DNA of 31,920 bases, from the IMG/VR virus record IMGVR_UViG_3300025697_000091, positions 1 to 31,920 of that record; one strand, written 5' to 3'. Below, one piece after another: positions 25,163-31,920 of the stretch. A program made the position numbers and the translations under genes. Under the pieces are notes generated by a model. That model was not told where the DNA came from, made no database searches, and saw nothing but the letters and a program-made list of their open reading frames with translations. The stretch's first letter is position 1. Every line of letters starts with the position of its first letter. The stretch comes from a virus. Taxonomy: Duplodnaviria; Caudoviricetes.

Positions 25163-27615
25163 TAGTGAGTTGCTCCATCTTCGTATCTCATAGTAAACGA
25201 CCTTACAGAGAACGTTTCACTCAATGTCGAATTAGAGAACTTGATCTTCAGGAATCTTGCCTGTTGATGGAAACCAACCGTGTACCAATCATAGCTGGAT
25301 GTCAGAACCTTTGTCTCAATCTCTTGCCATGCACCGTCATCTGCCTTAATACTCACAGTGATACCATCACCTTTAGCTTCAAAGTCCAGACCGTTCCATG
25401 CGGTAATCTCTGCCCTCTCACTCTTCGGATTAGAGAATGCCTTGGAAATCCAATAGCCATCTATTGCTTTAGCTCCATCATTCTTAGCAGTTGTATCAAA
25501 CTCATAAAACTCACCAGATGAGTTACCGAAGTGAACTGAATGCTGTAGGTTTGTTTCTGTCCCCTCAGTTACCAACCCAATTGCATAGTCAGACGCAGTT
25601 ATATTAGTACTTGTACCAGCAGAGAAATCCCATATCGCCCATACCTTCTCATCCGGGTCAAACATGAATGCCTTATCTGGATAATTGCTACTGACAGGGA
25701 CCATGATACCCACAAGATTAACGATACTCATATCCATCCAGAAACTTCGGCGATGGTATTGGCCTTCAGCGTATTCAATTCCATCAGTAGAATAGAACTC
25801 TGACTCAATGCCATCGCCAATTGGACTCATAGTTGTTCCAGAGCCAAACGCATATACATTCCTTCTGCCAACCCAATAGCAGTAGTCACCGATTACCTGC
25901 ACCATCTTAGCGGCCAATAAAGCATCCTCTTGGAATACCGTGTTATATGAGAATATCGCAGACTCACCACCTAAGAATGACTGCCTTACAATAGCGTCTG
26001 TCTTGAATATGTAGTTGTTATCATCGGTTAATCGTACCGCATTGAGAATAGCACCAGAAGTATCGGCAACGTTTCTTGCAGTAGCAACGCCACCCTGCCA
26101 TTCCATAGCGTCATTAGTTGCACTCCATCTGTCTTGCAGTAGCTTATCAACCGCACCAGTACCGGCAGTATCTTCGCTGCCACCCAGTAAATGTAGCTTC
26201 TCCTTATATCCACTTATCGCCTTACACTTATGGTAATCAGATGCAGATGTATCGTTGTATCCGCTACCAGCGTCGGCAGCACCAGCTACTAACATCCACT
26301 TCGGGTCAGTAATACCATTGTCTATATATCTGACGTAATGTTCTTGTTCATAGTTCGTTGTCACAAGATACGATTGCGTGGACGAGTTTATATTCGCAAG
26401 TACAGCATCAGATAATGTTGGAGATTTCTTAGTAGAGGTAGCACTGAGGTTTGTAGTTCCACCTGATTTTAATAGCTGTAGATAGTCAAAATATACAGAC
26501 TTCCATCCTGCACCATCAAAATCAACCTCAAGTAGTAAAAGCCTGCTTGTTTGGCTATATGTGCTTGGTAACGTAGAGAAAGTCAGTACCGCATTATTCC
26601 ATGTATTAGCTGGGTACGTAGAGTCAATAGGTACGTTTATAAAAGCACCATGCGCCGCACTATCTTCAGAATAAAGAGGCATACCATAAGCAGCCCCGCT
26701 ATCGTTTGCTATCTTGAATCTGAAATCATCTGCCGAGACAACCCTGTTTGCATAGAACCAGAAAGATAACGTGTCTGCTCCACCCCATCCTGATGAGTTA
26801 TAATATTTGAAGGCCGTGAATCCTTTTGATAGGGTACTTACAAGAAGACACGATGCCCCAGTAATACAAGAGCCATTTGGCCCAGATGTAGTATCAGCGT
26901 AGAACAGTGTTTCAGCAGGCCCAAACTGGAAAAGGCTATAGTCACTTACTGCACCGCCTGTCGATAGAGAAAATGAAGCATAAGAATATTGCGTCCCAGC
27001 AGCACTTAATAATACAGGTGTTGTTGTGCAAGCAACCCCTGCTTGAATCCACGGGCCACCATTTGCATGTCGCCATCGGAATGTATTGGGGTTTGCAGCA
27101 TCATCATCTATCTCAACTCTTATGTTAGCAGTTCTTGCGGAACATATTGGCGATAAGCCTATGTCAATGCCGCCAAAAGAACTGCGTACCATGCCGTTGT
27201 ATTGAATGCCAATTTCATCCCAATTTAGCCAACCAGAAGCGGTTGCATCTTTATCTATATCTTTCCCTAAAATTTTCCATACACCCGATACAGGTTTATA
27301 ATACATGGCGTCTTCTAATGAAAAACCATATAATCTGCGAGTTGCAGTCGATACATTGATATTAGATTCGTGCATCTGGATATGAGTTGCTTCATCAGTG
27401 TATGCAGACTGAATATAATTCCCAGCACTTACAATTCCAATATCATTAACAATGCTTTTCTTCGTCCCATATCCGAATCTCTTGATAATCTGACCGTCAC
27501 GGAAATAGACATTCTTACAGTCAGAGCAATGCTCATTAGAGATGTTTGCATCCTGCTCATTCAACATTAAGCCACGGTCAGGTTTATTAACTATGATGTA
27601 TTTATAGTTTGCCAT
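25162..27615 (-). CDS. tail nozzle / tail tubular protein B-like (P22 gp10 / T7 gp12 analogue)
   Basis: 817 aa beta-rich; N-terminal GL...CKNVYFRDGQIIKRFGY, DRWSA, YIFKTDAI, YWISKAF, ARFLKIKFS; follows the adaptor. Confidence 0.75.
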   Translation of the reverse strand: MANYKYIIVNKPDRGLMLNEQDANISNEHCSDCKNVYFRDGQIIKRFGYGTKKSIVNDIGIVSAGNYIQSAYTDEATHIQMHESNINVSTATRRLYGFSLEDAMYYKPVSGVWKILGKDIDKDATASGWLNWDEIGIQYNGMVRSSFGGIDIGLSPICSARTANIRVEIDDDAANPNTFRWRHANGGPWIQAGVACTTTPVLLSAAGTQYSYASFSLSTGGAVSDYSLFQFGPAETLFYADTTSGPNGSCITGASCLLVSTLSKGFTAFKYYNSSGWGGADTLSFWFYANRVVSADDFRFKIANDSGAAYGMPLYSEDSAAHGAFINVPIDSTYPANTWNNAVLTFSTLPSTYSQTSRLLLLEVDFDGAGWKSVYFDYLQLLKSGGTTNLSATSTKKSPTLSDAVLANINSSTQSYLVTTNYEQEHYVRYIDNGITDPKWMLVAGAADAGSGYNDTSASDYHKCKAISGYKEKLHLLGGSEDTAGTGAVDKLLQDRWSATNDAMEWQGGVATARNVADTSGAILNAVRLTDDNNYIFKTDAIVRQSFLGGESAIFSYNTVFQEDALLAAKMVQVIGDYCYWVGRRNVYAFGSGTTMSPIGDGIESEFYSTDGIEYAEGQYHRRSFWMDMSIVNLVGIMVPVSSNYPDKAFMFDPDEKVWAIWDFSAGTSTNITASDYAIGLVTEGTETNLQHSVHFGNSSGEFYEFDTTAKNDGAKAIDGYWISKAFSNPKSERAEITAWNGLDFEAKGDGITVSIKADDGAWQEIETKVLTSSYDWYTVGFHQQARFLKIKFSNSTLSETFSVRSFTMRYEDGATH

Positions 27616-28041
27616 TTAGATTCCAAACACACTGTACTTGTAATAATATTCTCTATACTCACCGGCTCTGATACTGAGTCTATATGGTATGACTGATGCG
27701 GCATATGGTTGAAGATAACTGGCATCACCATCGCTAAGACGCTGCCAATGTCCTGCTGATGCTTTTGACGTATATAAGAACACACCACTTAAACTAGACA
27801 TAGTTGCTGCTGCGCTGGGATTCAACCAGCTTGATAGGATCTGAATAAATATTCCCTTTATGCCGTTACTGGATATAGCACCAAAATCCAAAAGTTGCGA
27901 TGTAGTCCCGCTGGTGGTGAGTATTCCTGTCCCGCCATGCACCGCCCGATAACCAGACAGAGTTGCAATATTGTCTCTGGTTGTAGCATCTCCAATATTT
28001 CGCATCGTCAGGCCAACATTGACTGTTGTTAAAGCTGCCAT
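27616..28041 (-). CDS. hypothetical structural protein, Ser/Thr/Gly-rich (141 aa)
   Basis: AGGAGA RBS; abuts the nozzle gene. Confidence 0.7.
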   Translation of the reverse strand: MAALTTVNVGLTMRNIGDATTRDNIATLSGYRAVHGGTGILTTSGTTSQLLDFGAISSNGIKGIFIQILSSWLNPSAAATMSSLSGVFLYTSKASAGHWQRLSDGDASYLQPYAASVIPYRLSIRAGEYREYYYKYSVFGI

Positions 28042-28050
28042 GTAATTCTC

Positions 28051-28716
28051 CTATATTGCAGGGACTAATAACCCTGATTCTCTGTTTCTTAGATTCTGCT
28101 TGGAAGCATACTGCGGAGTCCAATCCTGGAAGTTACCGTCAGAGACAGCTATCCGCTTACATTGCTTGCCAAATATATTGTTGAAAAAGTTACGTGTCTG
28201 GAAGTCTCGCATTGCAGTTGCACCCCAGACCGTTGCTCTTGCTATCACTGCCAAGTCCAACAGATCGCCCAGTGGATTGTCAGTGTCAGCACTACTATTA
28301 AATGCAGTTGGCCACTGAGTCAGGAATAACTCGATAGGGATGCTATCATCCGGTATTGGGTACAGCTTTATATAGTCACCTTCATAGGTGTAATATTTAA
28401 CCGGACCAGCACCACTGTCAGTTGGTGACGAGAAAGTATCCCGATAATGTTCCGGCGTTATGTAAATCAACGGCCTTGAATTTGAGCCATCCATATAGAT
28501 AGCATCCAGAATAGTCTTAGTCCTGTTGGGAACGGGGTAATAAAGCTTATTAGGAACCGTCTTAACGGTTGTACTATCCAGCACTTTCATCTTACGCCAG
28601 TTACGCAACGCCGCTGTATCTTGTAACGCGAAGTTCAGCCAATCTGTTTCCAATGAAGATATACTTCTATTGCCAAGATTCTGTTTAAGATGCGTTTTCA
28701 TTTCTGATTGTTTCAT
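28051..28716 (-). CDS. head-tail adaptor / tail tubular protein A-like
   Basis: DWLNFALQD helix, YYPVP, GPVKYY...IKLYPIPD pattern typical of podovirus adaptors. Confidence 0.75.
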   Translation of the reverse strand: MKQSEMKTHLKQNLGNRSISSLETDWLNFALQDTAALRNWRKMKVLDSTTVKTVPNKLYYPVPNRTKTILDAIYMDGSNSRPLIYITPEHYRDTFSSPTDSGAGPVKYYTYEGDYIKLYPIPDDSIPIELFLTQWPTAFNSSADTDNPLGDLLDLAVIARATVWGATAMRDFQTRNFFNNIFGKQCKRIAVSDGNFQDWTPQYASKQNLRNRESGLLVPAI

Positions 28717-29360
28717 TATGCCCTCACCAGTTCCAATGCCTTAATCACTCTGGCCGGTGCGCCAACCACAGTAGTATGTGCTTTAACATCTTCCAGTACT
28801 ACCGAACCAGCACCTATAATAGCACCGTCACCGATAGTAATATCCTGAACGATTGTTGCTCCTATACCGATAAACGCTTCCTCACCTATATTAACGCGGC
28901 CAGCTATCTTAGCACCGGGGCATATATGTGAAGCTCTACCGACCTTACACTCATGGTCAACGATAGAACCCGTATTAAGGATTACTGAGTCAGCTATCTC
29001 GCAATGAGTACATACCACCGAACCAGCCGCTATCGTTACATTGTTACCTATCTTTACATTACCAGCGATAGTCGCGTATGGATGGATAGCATTAACCAGA
29101 GATACATGAACGCCCTTTAACTTCTGAGCGATCTTATTTCTGATGCTATTATCCCCAATAGCAATAACACAGCTATCGAAATCATACCGCATAAAAGTAA
29201 TGTTATCGGGTTGTCCGATAATAGGAATACCGTCAACATCGCTACCTTGCATTTGAATGTTGTTATCCAAAAAGCCAACGACATCAAACTGGTGGTTATT
29301 ACGGAGTATATCCAGGATAACACGGCCATGCCCTCCAGCACCTACAATAGCTACCTTCAT
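28716..29360 (-). CDS. sugar O/N-acetyltransferase, NeuD/PglD family (hexapeptide left-handed beta-helix)
   Basis: IVGAGGHGRV, VGFLD, IAIGDNSIR, AIHP, NTGSIVDHEC, hexapeptide repeats, VVGAPARVIK. Confidence 0.93.
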   Translation of the reverse strand: MKVAIVGAGGHGRVILDILRNNHQFDVVGFLDNNIQMQGSDVDGIPIIGQPDNITFMRYDFDSCVIAIGDNSIRNKIAQKLKGVHVSLVNAIHPYATIAGNVKIGNNVTIAAGSVVCTHCEIADSVILNTGSIVDHECKVGRASHICPGAKIAGRVNIGEEAFIGIGATIVQDITIGDGAIIGAGSVVLEDVKAHTTVVGAPARVIKALELVRA

Positions 29361-29375
29361 AAAACCTCCTTAGAT

Positions 29376-29407
29376 GAGGCAGGCCGCGAAAGGTAACGAC
29401 CTGCCTC
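29376..29407. other. GC-rich intergenic hairpin upstream of the acetyltransferase RBS
   Basis: GAGGCAGGTCG/CGGCCTGCCTC on the - strand (11 bp, one G-U); no downstream U-tract. Confidence 0.55.
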
Positions 29408-29425
29408 GGAGACAAAAAAATGGAA

Positions 29426-29737
29426 CTATGTTGTAATTCCGAACGCAGTAAACGTAAATCTGACAACCTCAGCAGCATCAACAAATCCACCATTAGATGC
29501 CTGTATCTCAATAAAGATGCCGGAACCTGGGTCGCCTTGCTTTTTCCATACTACTTGTGCCTTGCCGGATAACATATTGATAGCAACATTATCAATAGAC
29601 TGATAATAACTTTCAAATCCACTTCCTGGGAATGTAGAAGTACCACTTGCTACTGCACTGAAGCTGATTATAGAATAGCCTCTGCCACCCGTGCTTACAC
29701 GTACTGGCCTTGACTTTCTTGTAACAGTAATAGCCAT
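29426..29737 (-). CDS. small structural protein (103 aa)
   Basis: GGGAGG RBS; beta-rich, MAITVT start; within the head gene cluster. Confidence 0.7.
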   Translation of the reverse strand: MAITVTRKSRPVRVSTGGRGYSIISFSAVASGTSTFPGSGFESYYQSIDNVAINMLSGKAQVVWKKQGDPGSGIFIEIQASNGGFVDAAEVVRFTFTAFGITT

Positions 29738-29768
29738 AACAAACCTCCCTTCAGAGGTAAGGGGTTAA

Positions 29769-30548
29769 TTATTCAATACACCAGTCAACAGCGAAGAAGT
29801 CATCTGCGCCAATAGCTTCGCCCGCCGAATAACCCCAAGGCATAACAGCATTCACTATCCCAGACATAATTATTGCTGAAATCTGGCCCGATACATTCAT
29901 CGGAGCGACAAGCCTTCCAGCACTGGTAGCTGCAATCGCCATACCAATACCCGGCCCTCTAGTCTGAACAAGACAGTACCCGGAAGCAGTAACGCTAACA
30001 GTAGCGACACCACCCCTGAGATACACCTGAGAGGCAGACAAGACTCCCGCCTGGAACGCCAAGCCGTAGTACTTGTTCGGTCGCAGATAAGCATACGTGG
30101 TCGTATCAAGGGCTACCTGTAATGGGTCGTTCAATCGTAAGGTGTGAACACCGGAGCCACCACGCTCGTAGCTATTGACTTTGTAGCTGAATCCCTTGCC
30201 TGTACCAGACAATACTTCAAAAGTACCGTCTTCATACATATCTTCGTCTGTCATACCGGAAACACCATACAGCTTAATATTGACATCGCCAATACTCCCG
30301 CCCCAACCTGCAACCGCACTGTTGAAGTGGTCGCCTGGACCAGATAACGCCTGGGTGCTAATCGTCGAACGATAGCTACTGCATATAAAGCAAAGACCCG
30401 GTACTGCCGAAGCACATTTAACATAAGCCCAGCGATAAACTCTTTCGCCGTCCTCAAACTTCTGGCCAAGAGGTATATCACTCTTAGTGGACTGGACACC
30501 AGCGGTCAACAGTGCCTTTACACTTTTTCCATAACTATGAACCTGCAT
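29769..30548 (-). CDS. putative capsid decoration/cement protein
   Basis: Directly after MCP; PLGQKF.DGERVYRWAY and GYCLVQTRGP patterns; Gly/Ser/Ala-rich. Confidence 0.6.
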   Translation of the reverse strand: MQVHSYGKSVKALLTAGVQSTKSDIPLGQKFEDGERVYRWAYVKCASAVPGLCFICSSYRSTISTQALSGPGDHFNSAVAGWGGSIGDVNIKLYGVSGMTDEDMYEDGTFEVLSGTGKGFSYKVNSYERGGSGVHTLRLNDPLQVALDTTTYAYLRPNKYYGLAFQAGVLSASQVYLRGGVATVSVTASGYCLVQTRGPGIGMAIAATSAGRLVAPMNVSGQISAIIMSGIVNAVMPWGYSAGEAIGADDFFAVDWCIE

Positions 30549-30606
30549 AATAATTCTCCTGTAATAATCAGGTTAAAAACTTCGATACACTATTCATCCA
30601 CAACTA

Positions 30607-31611
30607 TTAGTCGCCATTAGCACTAATGTTGAAGATACAACCATGCGAACGTGCCGCTGTACGTGCCATCGCACAAACAGTTACAAGTTGGCGGAACTTA
30701 GTAATAGGCAGATTAACGGCCTCTTTACTATCGGTCCACTTCATGTAGAACTCAGGGTCAACGCACCACAGAATACCAGCATTCGTAACCATACGCAATT
30801 CGCCAGCAGGGGCAGCCTTATCGAAGATGAGAGGTAAGCCTTTAAACTTCACCATATCAAACGTAGCGTCACCGATTTTGGTCTTAGAATCCACAGTCAT
30901 AAATGACATGGCGTTCTTTTCGTAAATCTGCTTCACGTCTTTATGAGTGAAGATGACATCCGGCGTGCCAGTCTCTAACTCGATGATATCGTGCATGTCG
31001 ATCATCTCAGATTCCAAGTTGGTCGTTGCCGGGGAACCACTCATGTTCGTACCCTGCGTTCTCCACCATGCTTTAGTAGATGGTGACAAACCGCCAATGG
31101 ATACCGATTGACTGGCCGGAACGGTTGCCGGGATAAGACGATTCAGACCTTCAGGTTGCTTACCTGCTCCACCAGAGCCATTATAAACAGCTTGAGCCAG
31201 AAGATTCTTAACAGATTTGATAGTCACTTCTTCTTTATGCTCAATGATGGAATACTTCTTATTGGAGCCACGGTTGACTCTCTGTTGATACCTCGGCCAT
31301 CTTGTGCCGTAAGCTAGTGTCTTAGCCCAGTAGGCAGCACCATCATCCGGGTCGAAGTCGTCCATCGAAACTCCCTCTTCCTCGTTAATCCAGCCACCGT
31401 TAGGATTCTCTTCAACCAGCAGCGGAACAAGAAACTGTTCGCCACCTTCACCTAGCATATTGGTATTCTTACGTTCTAACATCCACGAAAGTGTTGGATG
31501 TTTATGGAATATCTGATCTTCAATGGTCTTCCACCGCTGGTCCCAGGAACTCATAAAGAGCATATCTAGGTACGCGGTATTTCCCTTTTTGTAATAGGTT
31601 GCCTTAGCCAT
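30607..31611 (-). CDS. major capsid protein (HK97 fold predicted)
   Basis: ~334 aa; IEDQIF..HPTL, GGEQFLVPL, YNGSG...PEGL, IGGLS....WWR, PDVIFT, FKGLPLIFD; GGAGGA RBS before ATG 31611. Confidence 0.85.
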   Translation of the reverse strand: MAKATYYKKGNTAYLDMLFMSSWDQRWKTIEDQIFHKHPTLSWMLERKNTNMLGEGGEQFLVPLLVEENPNGGWINEEEGVSMDDFDPDDGAAYWAKTLAYGTRWPRYQQRVNRGSNKKYSIIEHKEEVTIKSVKNLLAQAVYNGSGGAGKQPEGLNRLIPATVPASQSVSIGGLSPSTKAWWRTQGTNMSGSPATTNLESEMIDMHDIIELETGTPDVIFTHKDVKQIYEKNAMSFMTVDSKTKIGDATFDMVKFKGLPLIFDKAAPAGELRMVTNAGILWCVDPEFYMKWTDSKEAVNLPITKFRQLVTVCAMARTAARSHGCIFNISANGD

Positions 31612-31720
31612 AATGCTTTCCTCCGGCACTTTTACCTTAGACAAAGAGCAAGTGTAAGTGCCGGTACACTTGCTCAAAGAAGCCAACTTGATTGGCTATT
31701 CTTTTTACTATTTTAGAACT

Positions 31721-31920
31721 CTAGCGACCCGCCTGAGCTTCTGCTAAGTCAACTGCCTCTCTTACCGAAAGGACTCTCGTTGTCTTTGGCTTTCTCATCT
31801 GGGTCGGTCTTTGAGAGCTGCGACTCGCTTTAGCCTTACGTTTCTGTTGGGCTTTGCGGGACTGCTTGCTCTGCTTCTCAAGGGACGTTACCCGCTTCTT
31901 AGCAGCTAATCCGTCCGCTG
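31721..31920 (-). CDS. 3' end of probable scaffolding protein (truncated by window edge)
   Basis: Open frame ...AKKRVTSLEKQSKQSRKAQQKRKAK...LSVREAVDLAEAQAGR*; basic C-terminus immediately upstream of MCP. Confidence 0.55.
   Translation of the reverse strand, partial: ADGLAAKKRVTSLEKQSKQSRKAQQKRKAKASRSSQRPTQMRKPKTTRVLSVREAVDLAEAQAGR

Noticed and set aside
29376-29420. Rho-independent terminator after the head genes
   Set aside because: The T-run precedes rather than follows the hairpin on the coding strand; kept only as a hairpin
1-31920. Alternative genetic code, diversity-generating retroelement, introns or inteins
   Set aside because: Genes tile densely under the standard code; no reverse transcriptase or TR/VR pair seen; DnaB is normal length with no intein

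Overview
This window is about 32 kb of a tailed dsDNA phage or prophage with a podovirus-type layout. Almost everything is on the - strand. Read right to left, it carries: a partial scaffold gene, major capsid, decoration, head-tail adaptor and nozzle genes, three internal/ejection proteins, a recombination module (putative SSAP plus Cas4-like nuclease), small accessory genes, DnaB, a replication initiator with internal iteron-like repeats, and RusA. These are followed by a sugar-modification block: a Maf/DUF115-type transferase, a B12-radical SAM enzyme and a CMP-nonulosonate synthetase. A NeuD/PglD-type acetyltransferase lies about 22 kb away, inside the virion operon. The left end has small + strand genes and a serine recombinase with an inserted Zn-ribbon. 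The best candidate for a new system is phage-encoded nonulosonic-acid (sialic/legionaminic/pseudaminic-like) glycosylation, possibly of the virion. Other oddities are a 140-nt tRNA-like RNA with a large insert, a pseudoknot-like leader before the replication gene, direct repeats delimiting gene cassettes, and a 1.4 kb stretch nearly free of A-tracts. All family calls come from motif recognition by eye; no database search was run. Structural-gene calls lean heavily on gene order and size.
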